A stretch of 64,000 nucleotides of DNA from NCBI GenBank assembly GCA_951406725.2, contig OX597832.1:42718001-42782000 (forward strand), in the 5' to 3' direction. The stretch comes from Octopus vulgaris. Its lineage: Eukaryota. Under the pieces are notes generated by a model. That model was not told where the DNA came from. It saw nothing but the letters and a program-made list of their open reading frames with translations, and ran no database searches. Below, in pieces: positions 44,517 to 61,394 of this stretch; the first letter of the stretch is position 1, and the number at the start of each line of letters is the position of its first letter. A program made the translations under genes and the position numbers.

Positions 44517-44610
44517 TATATCTCTTTCCTTATAAATGTCCTGAAAACTCCTCACAGCTTTGGCTTTGTTATTTCCTTTTGTCTCACACACACACACATA
44601 CATATATATG

Positions 44611-44666
<56 letters not shown>

Positions 44667-44694
44667 CATACATATATATGTATATATACATATA

Positions 44695-44736
<42 letters not shown>

Positions 44737-44792
44737 TATACATACACATATATTTATATGCATATATATATACATATATATATATACACATA

Positions 44793-44877
<85 letters not shown>

Positions 44878-44918
44878 CAGCATGCCACAGCTCATGAGCT
44901 AAACTAATCAATCAATCA

Positions 44919-44955
<37 letters not shown>

Positions 44956-45134
44956 TATATATATATATATATATGTATGTATATGCATGAATATATATGT
45001 ATGTGTGTGAGTGTGTGTGTGTGTGTGTGTACGTGTGTGTATCCGTGTGTATCTGTACGTATGAGTATGTATATTTCGCTAAAGAAGCACATGTTTGATG
45101 AATATGCAGCATAACTGAAAATAAGACGGAGCGG

Positions 45135-45424
<290 letters not shown>

Positions 45425-45522
45425 AAAGCATTTAAGAATAACAATAACCCAATGCATATATGTCCGCCGCTGCGTTCCATCATACATATTCATCGGTTTA
45501 CCTTCCTTCCATAGTCTTCCAT

Positions 45523-45559
<37 letters not shown>

Positions 45560-45968
45560 TTTATAGTGAGTCTGCTGTTTCTGCGTGTTTTTACATTTTA
45601 TGATGTCGTAATGGCGGACATCAAATGCTGTTATGATGTTCCGCTAATACAGAATAAAAAATTCTGGTGGATTTCATTGAAAAGAAGAGTTACTTTGAAA
45701 ATATACTTGTTGCATATACTAACTTCTCTTATTGATTTAGTTTGGAACGGGAGACCAGACAAATTATTTGAGAGCCGTGCTTCTTCTGTGTCGTATGTAC
45801 GTTTTATGCATATATGCATATGTACGTGTACATATACATGTACATACACAAACACACGTACATATATATAGTTATATTTATGTATACATATGTGTGTGTA
45901 TGTGTGTCGAGTATATGTGTTTATATGCGTCTGTAATTACATATTCCTGTACATGCACACACACACAC

Positions 45969-46002
<34 letters not shown>

Positions 46003-46807
46003 CACACAAACAGACATACACATATATCTGTTACCGTAATCGTTATTATATCCAGTCGACAATAAGTCGTGCTATCGTGCAGTATATACGTTCATACATA
46101 CATACATACATACACACGCATACATACATACAAACATACATGCATAAATATATACATACACACACACAAAAATACGCACATATGTACATAAATAGATACA
46201 CACACATACAAGCACACATACATACATACATACATACATACATACATGCATAGACACCAATACACATACATACATACACACGCATACATACACACATACA
46301 TACATAAATATATACATACACACATGAATACGCACATATATACATAAATACATATACATACACATACAAGCACACATAATGCATACATACATGCATGCAT
46401 CCATCCATCCATCCATACATACAAACATGCATACATACATACATAATACATACATACATACATACATACATACATACACACATACATACATACATACATA
46501 CACACATACATACATACATACATACATACATACATACATACATACATACATACATACATACATACATACATCCATCCATCCATCCATCAATCCATACATA
46601 CATACATACATACTGACAGACAGACAGACAGAGACACAGAAGTATAGACACACACGTATGTATATCGCATTGTCCACTGCGACCTTCGGTATTTTCATTA
46701 ACAGTGTGTGGTTTACGTACTACTTCCATCAGGCCTGGTGACTATGCGAGAGGACAGTTCTTCGGCTCGCAAGTGCCTGAAGCAAGAATGGCAGCAGCAG
46801 TTACAGC

Positions 46808-46857
<50 letters not shown>

Positions 46858-47016
46858 TGGTAGTGGTAGTGGTAGTAGTAGTAGTAGTAGTAGTAGTTTT
46901 TGTTGTTGTTGCTGTTGTTGTTGCGTAAAAGCTGCATCTACTTGACCCAGTGAGCAAATGTTCGAGTTGTGCAGATGTTTTAAAGGAAGTAGAGAGCGAG
47001 AGAGAGAGAGAGAGAG

Positions 47017-47048
<32 letters not shown>

Positions 47049-47430
47049 TGAGAGATAAAGCGAGAGATAAAGAGGGAATGAGTGAAAGATAAAGAGAGAG
47101 AGAAACAGAGAGGGAAAGAGCGAGAGAGAGTGTCAGTGTAATGTTAGACATTTAGAGATGGTACTGGTCTTTCTGAAATTGTCCAGCAGCCATTTTGTGA
47201 TATTAATTGTGTCTTTTAACCACCACCACCACCACCACCACCACCACTACCACCACAGTCACCACGCGACAACAATGACAACCACAACAACAACAACAAC
47301 AACCAGAGCGACGATAATGACAACAGCAATCATAAGAAGGATGTAAAAATCTAATGACGATGAGGTCTATGGCGATGATGATGATTGCACTGACCTTCAG
47401 ACACACACACACACACACACACACACTCAG

Positions 47431-47502
<72 letters not shown>

Positions 47503-47705
47503 TCAAATAGTAATGCTCAATGTGAAGAGCTCTTTCAGCCTTTTCTGTCCTACAATTGTATAATTTGATATTTTAATACGAAAGTGAAACATTTTAAAAT
47601 TATTGAATTTCAAGTGCTAGGTTGATTCTTCTGGTCGATATACTGAAGTCTATAGAAATATAAAGCATATTTAAAATAACTGCTAATTTCAGAGCAATCA
47701 TCCTG

Positions 47706-47766
<61 letters not shown>

Positions 47767-47915
47767 CAACTTATAAATAGGGGCAAACGAAAATATTTCT
47801 AATGCCAAATATGCCGAAATTGGACATATTGTCCATAACCGTATAATTTTTCACAATACGCACGCTACTCGAAAAAAGGTCGACAGAAATTTCTAAAAAA
47901 ATTCCATTGTTACCA

Positions 47916-47968
47916 TATCGGACCGATTTCAGGGTTAGTTCGTAAGAACCCTCCCTTCGTCAGTGATA
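47916..47968 (-). ncRNA. Minimal type I hammerhead motif, family H5 (canonical core)
   Basis: Minus strand: tatca-CTGACGA-aggg...gttc(ttac)gaac..ccct-GAAA-tcgg-TC-cgata. GUC triplet; stem III is one change from palindromic accggt; stem I is 4/5 paired. Confidence 0.7.
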
Positions 47969-48038
47969 AATGTGGCAAAGAAATAAATGAGATACTTACT
48001 TATACCCATGGAAAAAGCTAAACACTAAGTCATGGAAA

Positions 48039-48145
<107 letters not shown>

Positions 48146-48146
48146 A

Positions 48147-48334
<188 letters not shown>

Positions 48335-48360
48335 TATACATATATATATACACATATATA

Positions 48361-48420
48361 CAGGGTTGGCAAAAGTCATCTGACAGTAAATCAAATCATT
48401 TCATTCCAGCATTAATTTAT
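48361..48420. mobile_element. Possible solo Tc1/mariner terminus
   Basis: TA + cagggttggcaaaagtc directly after (TA)n; no partner end found. Confidence 0.4.
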
Positions 48421-48530
48421 CTTTAACAACTGAATAAATTTATTAAAAGCATCTAAAGGAGGGAAAATGAGGAGGATGACAATATTGATGGTGATGATCA
48501 TGATCATGATAATAATAATAATAATAATAA

Positions 48531-48762
48531 TCCTTTCTACTAAAGGCACAAGGCCTGAAATTTTGGGGGAGGGGACAAGTCGATTACATCGACCCCCAGT
48601 GCTTCACTGGTACTTAATTCATCGACCCTGAAAGGATGAAAGGCAAAGTCAACCTCAGTGGAGTCTGAACTCAGAACGTAAAGACGGAGTTCAAATGATG
48701 ATGATGATGATGATGATGATGATAATAATGATAATAATAATAATGTAAAGCAAAAGTCAAAC

Positions 48763-48828
<66 letters not shown>

Positions 48829-49061
48829 TTTGTTTCTTTACTACCCACAAGGGGTTAAACGTAGAGGGGACAAACAAGGACAGACAAAGGGATTAAGTCG
48901 ATTACATCGACCCCAGTGCGCAGCTGGTACTTAATTTATCGACCCCGAAAGGATGAAAGGCAAAGTCGACCTTGGCAGAATTTGAACTCAGAACGTAATG
49001 GCAGACTAAATACGGCTAAGCATTTCGCCCGGCGTGCTAACGCTTCTGCCAGCTCGCCGCC
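48531..49061 (-). mobile_element. Two SINE A copies separated by (GAT)/(AAT)n
   Basis: Full copy at 48832-49061 and partial copy at 48531-48690. Confidence 0.85.
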
Positions 49062-49193
<132 letters not shown>

Positions 49194-49208
49194 TAATAAT
49201 AAATAATA

Positions 49209-49315
49209 GATGCAGTACCAGGCAGCATGGCTTCTGATCTTAACTGATTGGAAGTGTTATGTACATATTTTGTCTTGGTATAAAAGATGTGCTACAGCAA
49301 ATATTCTTTCTCAAT
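49209..49315 (+). mobile_element. Fragment matching the start of the 38235 Dong-associated sequence, after (TAA)n
   Basis: gatgcagtaccaggcag...cttaactgattggaag...cagcaaatattct matches about 38243-38358. Confidence 0.8.
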
Positions 49316-49854
49316 CGGGCGTTAGGGGTGGAAGGAAAAACAGGAGGAAAATAATACATAAAATACAAAAAATATATGAATACATAGATTGATACAGGAG
49401 CACTTCTAACTAGGAGCCACGAAGGTAGTCTCGTAAAGTCAAAAACGATATTACTTATCATACAACGATGTAGAAAACAGAAAATATAGTAGATCACTTG
49501 TTCTGTTTATAAAGTCTAACGCCATTTTACGCTGATAAATCTTGGTAGTTAATTCATGAATAATGATAAAAGAATTACAGGTAATTCTGTATTCGTCTAA
49601 AACCGTTTCATAGTAATCCAATTGTTGAACCCTTAGTATCCCCGTCTCTTTGCTCGGTAAGACGATCTATCTTTCGTTTCGAATACATAAATAAACACAA
49701 TAATTATTCCGTAAGTAATCAAAGCGTGTTTACGGAGACGTTTGATGTAGGTGTTGGCTTTCGGCGAACGAGACATGCTCGGAAAAGATAAGCGAGAAAT
49801 ACCAGAATTCACTGCAACACATCATGCTACGAAGCACATGCGGAACATGTTCTC

Positions 49855-50375
49855 ATCACCACCACCACTACCACCACCACAACAACAATCATCACCACCA
49901 AAACCATCACCAACATAACCATCACCAACATAACCATCACCAGCACCACCACAACCATCACCACCACCACCACCACCACCACCACCACTACCACCACCAC
50001 AACTATCACCACCACCTCTACCACTACCACTACCACCACCATCACCACCCACCACCACCACCACCACCACCACCACCAACACCACAACAACAACAACAAT
50101 CATCACCATAACCATCACCACTTCCACCACCACCACCACCACAACCATCATTGTCACCACCACACCACCATCACCACCACCACTACCACCACCACCACCA
50201 CTACCACCACCACCACCACCACCATCAGCACCATCAGCACTACCACCAGCACCACCAGCACCACCAACATCACCACCACCACCACCACTACGACCACCAC
50301 CACTACCACCACCACCACTACCACCACCACAACTACCACCACACCACCACCACCAACATAACCACCACTACCACC
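49855..50375. repeat. (CAC)n-based degenerate microsatellite
   Basis: Read directly. Confidence 0.9.
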
Positions 50376-50688
50376 GCCCTCAGCCACAACTCAATCTATA
50401 CATCAACGCATTCTACCCCGGCTCCCACCCTGCCAACGCCGTCCTCCTAACAAACAGCATCTGGCTACCTCGGCCATCGTTAACAAGTCCGCACTAAAAG
50501 CACCTCCATCCCCTCCATCACCGACAGAACACTGACTGTACAACTGCCCCTTGTGCCTATACCCTTCTTCACCACCACCTCAGCAGTACTACCACCCCTA
50601 CAACTACAGCTGCAACTTATACAACTATGACCTCTACACACTCAAGTTTACAAAACATCTATGCATCTATGTATTTATCTATGCATGC

Positions 50689-50847
<159 letters not shown>

Positions 50848-50915
50848 GAGAGAGAGAGAGAGAGTGAGTGTAAGAGAGAGGAAAAGAGAGGTAGATAGAT
50901 AAATATGTATATATA

Positions 50916-50956
<41 letters not shown>

Positions 50957-51056
50957 CATGAACACACACACATACACATACACATATACGCATATATATA
51001 GACATATATACATATATATATAGACATATATACGTATATATATATACATATATGTA

Positions 51057-51087
<31 letters not shown>

Positions 51088-51424
51088 GTGTATAAAGAGA
51101 GAGGGAGAGAGAGAAGGAGAAGGAGAAAGAGAGAGAGGGGTTGTTGTATGTTTGCATGTATAATTATGTACACAGTAACTCTTTAGAGTAAGCAAAGATA
51201 GTCATGTATACAGCAGATGAAGTTAATATATTGTGGTGTGTATGGAGCTCACAGCGTTCCAGCACCCGATTTCATATCTCGATCTATGGACAATCTTCAT
51301 GTAGGACCAAGGAAGGGAATGAATACGTTTACAACGACGACGACAGCAACAATAACGACAACAACAAAAACAACAACACCGACAGCAATAGTTCATGAGA
51401 GAGTCCATGTATTGCTTTGGCTAA

Positions 51425-51990
51425 GATGGTGAGCTGGCAGAACCGTTAGCACGCCGGGTGAAATGCTTGGCGATATTTCGTCTACCGCAACGTTCTGAAT
51501 TGAAATTCCGCCGAGGTTGACTTTGCCTTTCATCCTTTCGGGGTCGATTAAATAAGTACCAGTTACGCACTGGGGTCGATATAATCGACTGAATCCGTTT
51601 GCCTGTCCTTGTCTGTCCTCTCTGTGTTTAGCCCCTTGTGGGTAGTAAAGAAATAGGTATTTCGTCTGTCTTTACGTTCTGAGTTCAAATTCCGCTGAGG
51701 TCGACTTTGCTCTTCATCCTTTCGGGGTCGATTAAATAAGTACCAGTTACGCACTAGGATCGATGTCTGTCCTTGTTTGTCCTCTCTATGTTTAGCCCCT
51801 TGTGGGCAATAAAGAAATAAGAACCGTTAGCACGCCGGATAAAATGCTTGGCGGTACTTTGTCCGTACTTACGCTCTGAGTTCAAATTCCACCGAGGTCG
51901 ACTTTGCCTTCCGTCTTTCGGTATTAATAAAATAAGTACCAATTGAACACTGGGGTTAATTTAATCGACATAGCTCCTTCCATTAAAAAG
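51425..51990 (+). mobile_element. SINE A chain showing both junction types
   Basis: aaagaaata|ggtatttcg at 51656 and aaagaaata|agaaccgttagc at 51820. Confidence 0.9.
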
Positions 51991-52387
51991 CTAACCCAGT
52001 GCTTCATTTTGAAGCCAATATATTGCTTTGGCCAATTCCTGATTCCTGTATATGATGTTTTGTGTTACCAAGTAAAGGTTTCCTCTATCTGGTTTCCTTT
52101 CTTGTATGATTATTTCTTGTTAAGACACTTTGATATATTTGGTTCTTTCTGTCCTATGTAAAAGTATGTGTCATGATCTTTTCATGTTTACTATAGAATC
52201 TTTGTATTATATAAGGTACTTTCAATACGTTCTGCGACTTATAGGTTTGCACTATCTGAGAACATACCGCAAGGAATTCATGACCAAGAAGAAAAAAAAG
52301 ATTACTAGCGGAAGTTATATAAGTAGCAAAATGCAAGCCAACATGCAAACATGGCTGTGTCGCAAGAAGCTTAGTTATTGCCACACA

Positions 52388-52960
52388 GGCGGGGAGCTGG
52401 CAGAAACGCTAGCAAGCCGGGCGAAATGCTTTGTGGTATTTCGTCCGCCGCTGCGTTCTAAGTTCAAATTCCGCCAAGGTCGACTTTGCCATTTCATCCT
52501 TTCGGGGTCGATAAATTAAGTACCTGAGGTCGATGTAATCGACTTAATCCCTTTGTCTGTCCTTGTTTGTCCCCTCTATGTTTAGCCCCTTGTGGGCAAT
52601 AAAGAAATAAGAAGCTTGCTTCCCAACCACATGGTTCCAGGTTCAGTCCTACTGCGTGGCACCTTATATGCTGGGTACCATAGTTCCATATTGCGATTTT
52701 CGTATACATGCATACATACACACATACATGCACACATATATTCTTATACTTGTTTCAGTCATTTGACTGCGGCCATGCTGGAGCAGCACCTTTTAGTCGT
52801 GAAAAACGACCCCCAGGACTTATTCTTTGTAAGCCTAGTACTTATTCTATCGGTCTCTTTTGCCGAACCGCTAGGTGACGGGGACGTAAACACACCAGCA
52901 TCGGTTGACAAGCGGTGTTGGTGGGGACAAACAGACACACAAACACATACACACATATAC

Positions 52961-52992
<32 letters not shown>

Positions 52993-53167
52993 ATACATAT
53001 ATACGATGGGCTTCTTTCAGTTTCTGTCTACCAAATCCACTCACAAGGTTTTGGTCGGCCCAAGGCTATAGTAGAAGACACTTTCCCAAGGTGCCACGCT
53101 GTGGGACTGAACCCAAAACCATGAAGCTGGGAAGCAAGTTACTTACCACACAGCCACTCCTGTGCCT
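52388..53167. mobile_element. SINE A (+, 52388-52609) inserted in a SINE B head, then full SINE B (-, 52745-53167)
   Basis: Duplicated aagaagctt at about 52364 and 52609. The SINE B head continues at 52610-52665. Confidence 0.85.
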
Positions 53168-53486
53168 CATACATACATACATACAAACATGGGGGTAGTC
53201 TAGTCTTTATGAAGAGTCTGACCACTTGTTGTACGTAAAAGGGTGGAGGCGAGCCAAATTATTTTCTTAGGTCTAATTTTTATGTCTTTTATTATTCCTA
53301 ATATTATTAGAGGGGTTATATGTTAATTTATCCTTAAAGCTACAGTTGCTAGGGCATTGTAATAGTAGGGAACAGTTGATAGTTATAGTTGATTCTTGAT
53401 AAATCTATCATGGCATCAGATGTAACTTTTTTAACCACACAATGTTTTGAAAAGATCACCAAGAACTGCAGTTAGGTTCTGATCAT

Positions 53487-53886
<400 letters not shown>

Positions 53887-54168
53887 TATGATACATGCGC
53901 ATACAGACATATAAAAAAATGTATATACACGAAAAATATTTATGCATAATACATACATATGCACATCTCACATACATACATGCATACCCGCACACATACA
54001 CATTCATGCATATATATGTGTCTGTGTCCATGTATATAAGCATATATAATATACACACACACATATACATATTGAAAGAAGGAAAGAAAGAGAGAGACAT
54101 AGAGACAAGAAGAGTACTAGGTATATTGCCGCATACATACCTATATAACTAGATAGTTATGTAGGTGT

Positions 54169-54519
54169 GTGAAGGCGCATGGCTCAGTGGTTAGAGCGTC
54201 GAGCTTACGATCGTGAGGTTGTGAGCTCGAATCCCGGACTGGGCTGCGTGTTGTGTTCTTGAGCAAGGCACTTTATTTCACGTTGCTTCAGTTCACTCAG
54301 CTGTAGAAATGAGTTGCGACGTCACTGGTGCCAAGCTGTATCGACCTTTGTCTTTCCCTTGGATAACACTGGTGGCGTGGAGAGGGGAGGCCGGTATGCA
54401 TGGGCGACCGCTGGTCTTCCATAAACCACCTTGCCCAGACTTGTGACTAGGAGGGTAACTTTCTAGGTGCAATCCCATGGTCATTCATGACCGAAGGGGG
54501 TCTTTACCCTTTACCCTCT
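54169..54519 (+). mobile_element. SINE family C, full length with TSD
   Basis: A and B boxes, CORE domain, (tttaccc)2 tail. TSD ttatgtaggtgt at 54157-54168 and 54520-54531. Confidence 0.92.
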
Positions 54520-54527
54520 TTATGTAG

Positions 54528-54577
<50 letters not shown>

Positions 54578-54612
54578 GTATGTACGTATATACATATAGT
54601 TCATATAGATAC

Positions 54613-54677
<65 letters not shown>

Positions 54678-54678
54678 C

Positions 54679-54717
<39 letters not shown>

Positions 54718-54803
54718 AAGAGAGAGACAGAGAGAGAGAGCATGAAAAAGATAGAGATTGTGACACGTAGACAAAGAGAGGCAGATACTAGGAGAGAGAA
54801 GAG

Positions 54804-54845
<42 letters not shown>

Positions 54846-55355
54846 TGATGAATGGAAATAATATTATTGTCGATCGTAATAAATAAGTGATGCCAGTTGT
54901 TAAAGGTTTGCTCGACTGACAAATAATTGGTGTACATAACAATGGACCTATATATATATACACACCGGATGTAAACGTGAGAGTTCCGGTTGCACACTGT
55001 CATCATCATTATCATAATCATCATCGTCATAACCATCATCATCACCACCATCATAGTCCTCCTCATCATCATCATCATAACCATCATCATCATCTTCAAT
55101 CTCATCATCATCATCAACTTCATCGTCTTCATCCTTTTTCTCTGCCTCTTCCCCCTCTCTTCTTCTTCTTCTTCTTCTTCTTCTTCTTTCTTCTCCTTCT
55201 TCTTCTTCTTCTTCTTCTTCTTCTTCTTCTTCTTCTTCTTCTTCTTCTTCTTTCTTCTCCTTCTTTCTTCTTCTTCTTCTTCTTTTTATTTCTCTTCTTT
55301 TTCTTTTTCTTCTTTTTCTTTTTCATCTTCTTCTTCTTGACTGTCTGTCTGTCTG

Positions 55356-55393
<38 letters not shown>

Positions 55394-55724
55394 TCATCAT
55401 CTTCCTCGTATTGTCCTTCATAACTTACTTTACAATTTCTTCTCATTCTTAATGTTGATATTAACCAAACTTCTTTCTTTCCTTCTTTCTTATTCTATCT
55501 TTCGTTTTTCCTTTCCTTTCTTTCTCACATTGTTCCCTCTTTCTCTCTTTCTTTTGCCTTTCTTCCTTTCCTTCTTCTTGTCTTTCTTTCTTTCCTTCAT
55601 ATTTCCCCTCCTCCCCTCGTCATTTCCTCTCCAGACTTGCCAAACTTTACCGAAAGGTAAACAAAACAAGACGATCCACATCACAAAGACTCACACACAC
55701 ACACAAACATCTCCTTACAAATAT

Positions 55725-56110
55725 GTGGAAGCACTCCGTCGGTTACGACGACGAGGGTTCCGGTTGATCCGAATCAACGGAACAGCCTGCTCGTGAAATT
55801 AACGTGTAAGTGGCTGAGCACTCCACAGACACGTGCACCCTTAACGTAGTTCTCGGGGATATTCAGCGTGACACAGAGAGTGACAAGGCCGGCCTTTTGA
55901 AATACAGGTACAACAGAAACAGGAAGTAAGGGTGAGAGAAAGTTGTGGTGAAAGAGTACAGCAGGGATCACCACCATCCCCTGCCGGAGCCTCGTGGAGC
56001 TTTAGGTGTTTTCGCTCAATAAACACTCACAACGCCTGGTCTGGGAATCGAAATCGCGATCCTACGACCGCGAGTCCGCTGCCCTAACTACTGGGCCATT
56101 GCGCCTCCAC
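55725..56110 (-). mobile_element. SINE family E, full length with TSD
   Basis: TSD ttacaaatat at 55715-55724 and 56113-56122. Confidence 0.9.
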
Positions 56111-56184
56111 CTTTACAAATATACACTCACATACGTAGATGACACACCATCGTACAGTTCCTACATTCAATCCTTCACACAAAA

Positions 56185-56465
56185 CATCCATGGTTCCCAG
56201 GTTCAGTCCCACCGCATGACATCTTGCATAAGTGTCTCCGACTATAGACCTATAGCCTCGGGTTGACCATGCCATTGAATTTGATAGATGGAAACTAAAA
56301 AGAAGCCCGTCGTGTGTCTGTGTGTGTGTGTGCGTTCGTGCGTGTGTGCGTGTGTGTATGTGTGTGTGTGTGTGTAACTTTGTGTTTGTGTTTGTCACTG
56401 TAACTTGGCGTTTCGGCAAAAGAGACCGATAGAATAAGTACTAGGCTTACAAAGAATAAGTCCTG
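56185..56465 (+). mobile_element. SINE B, degenerate
   Basis: Head remnant, internal (TG)n, ggcaaaagagaccgatagaataagtact. Confidence 0.8.
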
Positions 56466-56649
56466 ACCAGCAAGTGGAAGCGGCTAACCTCCCCTGTTCG
56501 AAGGTTACAATGGACGCAGGTTCGTGTGTCATATAGCTAGCTAGAGGCGATGGCCTCTTGGAGCTAATCAACGGCAGCTTTAGTCCTATATTTATGGACT
56601 GCCATATTAGCTTGGCGATAGCTGTTAAGATCTTTAGATGAACTTAAGA

Positions 56650-56870
56650 ACTTTTAGAAAAACAAGTAAGGAGTCAATATCCTCCACCATCATCACTACA
56701 AGAACTGGAGACTGTTTTAGCTGAAGAATGGACAAAAATTCCTTTGGAAACAATCGAGTTCATACCTCATAGAATTCAAGCTGTAATTACTGCCAAAGGC
56801 GGTCCTACCCCATATCAAAATAAATTCGTTTGAAAATTTAAGGTGTTTCCATTATTTTGTCCAACTCCTG
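56650..56870 (+). mobile_element. Tc1-family right-end fragment (third copy)
   Basis: ELETVLAEEWTKIPLET...KGGPTPY; ends ccattattttgtccaactcctg + TA. Confidence 0.85.
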
Positions 56871-56949
56871 TACATTAAAAAAGTATATGTATGGTTCTTT
56901 CTCTATATATCTACGTATATAAATAGGTACACAGACACACACTCACACT

Positions 56950-56986
<37 letters not shown>

Positions 56987-57383
56987 ACTGATACACACAC
57001 ACACACACACTCACACATATAAGCTGTTTCGTGTACTTGTGACTGTTTTCCCTCGCGCGATTAGTAAACTCTTTACTTCAAATCTGAAATTAAAGGAAAA
57101 CGAAATATGAAAACAAAACACGAAACTAAACATGGCCAAATAGTTAAAACGGTGAAATTTCTCTTGACCTATATTTTCTTAAGGCAATAGTATTTTGATA
57201 TTTTAACAAAATGGTGTTTACTTGTCACGTGATCGGTCACTTAATTGTTCACATCCGCTGACGGTGCTACGTTTTGATGAAATAAAAATGGCGTGAGTAC
57301 CTAGCGGCTGAGCTAAAACAATAGGAAGGAAAGATGTAAGGAGTAGAGAAAGGCATGAAGTATTGTTATTACTATCATTGTTG

Positions 57384-57429
<46 letters not shown>

Positions 57430-57588
57430 TTAAGGGCGGTGCCCCAGCATGGCCTCGGCCGGATGGCTGAAACATGTAAAAGAGTAAAAGAGTAATAATA
57501 ATAATAATAATAATTATTATTATTATTAATATCATTATTATTATTGCTATTATTTTTATTGTTGTTGTTGCTGTTGTTGTTGTTGTTG

Positions 57589-57652
<64 letters not shown>

Positions 57653-57676
57653 CATCATCATCATCATCATTATTAT

Positions 57677-59209
57677 TGAGTGAGAGAGCTGTGCATGCCA
57701 TCAAAGTGACACTGGAGTAAAATATACGAAGCCCAGTATACCCATCATGACTACCCGTCTGATAAGGGTACGCCAGGCACATGCATGACACAACCACATG
57801 TACGCGACATGGTGATCTCATATCAAGATAAACAGCGCATGACCTTGCAGGTGGGGGCCTAGTTAAAATTTTCTTCTGGTTGAGTAGCCCATCCCGCTCA
57901 AATAATCCCTGAATAAGGTTTGTTTAAGGATGTTGAACGAAACATCCATGTTTCCAGAGGTGAATTATTCAAACCCCAAAGAATCCCTCTAAACTCATGG
58001 CTATGATGCTCTCCCGTGTTTTGCGTAGGATGTGTGCAGTGCCCAGTAGTGCAATTTTCTGTATGTTGTATATAGTTGTAAGTCCTGGTGTTTTTGCTAT
58101 GTATTTTTCTGAATATTTTCTTATCATACCTAATGCACCCGCTATGATAGGAATTGTTTCGGTTTTTAGATTCTACATTCGAGTTACCTCTATTTCCAAG
58201 TCTTTGTATTTTGAAAGTTTCTCCATTTCTTTTAGAGAAACGTTGTCATCTGCTGGTATTGATACATCAATCAGAAAGCTTTTTTTTTCTTCATGATCTC
58301 TGACAACTATTTCTGGTCTGTTGGCCTTAATTTCTCTATCTGTGTGTATTGGCATATCCCAGAGTATGGTTGCTTTCTCGTTTTCTGTGACCTTTTCTGG
58401 CGTGTGCCTATACCATCTTTTTCTGTTGTTATTCCATAGTGTTGGCATAGCTACCAGTGTATGTAGGTTCCAACTCTATCGTGTCTGTGAATATATTTCT
58501 TCTTAGCCAGGACTGGACAGCCAGGGAAAATATGATTTATTGTTTATTGACCATCTCCACATAGTCTGCAGTTACTTGTTATGTTTCTTTTCATTATATG
58601 TTTTTGGTAGTTTCTGGTGGGGAGGCTTTGGTCTTGTGTCGCAGTTAAAATTCCTTCAGTCTCTGCTTTGGTTCCTGAGCTTCCCAACCATTGCTGGGAT
58701 TTTTCTCTGTCTATTTCTTTTACGTTTAGTTTAGCCCGGTAATTGCCATGAAAGGGCTTTTCTTGCCATCGTTTTATCAAGGTCCGTAACTGTTCTAGTT
58801 TTAGTTTGGATTTCATTTGTTTTATGGCTTTTGTTGTTTCTTCTTCTTCTTCATATTTGTTAGGCAGTATAACTTCTTGTATATATTTGTTAGCTTCCTT
58901 AAATACTGAAAACAGTTTTTTTGTTTTGCTCGTGTTTTGTGGCTATTTGTATTATTTTCCCTTGCTTCTGAAGTTGGTATTTTTGCAGTCCTATGGTGGT
59001 TATTTTATAATAGTTTTCCAGCTGCATAAGGCCTCTACCACCTTCTATACGTTGTATATATAGCCTTTTTATGTCAGATTTTGGGTGGTGCATCCTAGAT
59101 CCTGTCATTATTTTCGTGTTTTCCTGTCTATTTTGGTTAGATCATTTAGTGTCCAGTTAAAGATATTGTAGATGTAACTTATAACTGGGACAGCTAGAGT
59201 GTTCATACC

Positions 59210-59210
<1 letters not shown>
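57677..59210 (-). mobile_element. 5'-truncated R4/Dong-clade non-LTR retrotransposon (RT thumb, CCHC knuckle, restriction-like endonuclease), frameshifted
   Basis: NTLAVPVISY..NWT...IDRKTRK; HPKSDIKRLY..R.EGGRGL; AETEG....QDQSLPTRNY; CRLC; ILWD..I.TDREIKANRPEIV...FLIDVSIP.D....KE.EKLSKYKDL; TAHILRK. (TAA)n on both flanks. Confidence 0.92.
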
Positions 59211-60730
<1,520 letters not shown>

Positions 60731-61061
60731 GCAGCAGTAATAGTAATGGCAGTGTTTTGAGGTCAACCATCTTGTATCCTGTTGATGACATTGTATTTCG
60801 TGTTCCTGACCAAGGCACTTAAAATTTCAAAGTGAAACATATGTCGCGTTCTAAGTGTCATACAATTCGCACTTCACACGTTGCAACTAATACTGTCAAA
60901 AAGATATCATATTCCTGCATCATTTAATTATTTGTGTCTGAAAGTATTTCTATTGTATCAATACACTCACTTGAAACAACGGCTGGAGTGAAAATAACGC
61001 AGTATATATGATATATATATATATGTTTGTGTGTGTGTGTGTGTATGTGTGTATGTGTATG

Positions 61062-61119
<58 letters not shown>

Positions 61120-61160
61120 CATACACACACATTTTTTTCTCTCCTTGTTTTTTGTGTGTC

Positions 61161-61198
61161 TCTTTCTGTAGAAGAGCGCAGGCGCGAAACGTAAAAAA
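61161..61198 (+). ncRNA. Hammerhead-like motif family H2 (CUGUAGA), in an element of about 61127-61288
   Basis: tcttt-CTGTAGA-A-gagc(gcag)gcgc-GAAAC-GTA-aaaaa. Flanks align with 40207-40380. Confidence 0.72.
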
Positions 61199-61394
61199 CT
61201 TTTTCTATTCCTGAGCGTTATACTAATACATCTGTTTGTTTTGTACACCACCTGTCTTCGTATTTTGTTTTTTCATAAACTCTCCCTACACACATATATT
61301 TATTTATAGTGAGAATTTACAAAAAGCAAAATACGGAGACTGGTGTGTAAACGACGTATATTTGTCTTAGTTTAATGCTCAGGAAGTGAGAAAA

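Noticed and set aside
45612-45650. Small hairpin gcggacatca...tgatgttccgc
   Set aside because: Too short for a pre-miRNA, no known mature miRNA recognised, and compatible with chance.
46716-46800. Acceptor-like cttccatcag followed by short open sequence
   Set aside because: It runs into (AGT)n with no convincing donor or homology.
54170-54245. tRNA-like sequences with A and B boxes (also near 5893, 9080-9150, 10006 and 56040-56110)
   Set aside because: They are SINE heads continuous with SINE bodies, several with TSDs, and lack a proper acceptor stem.
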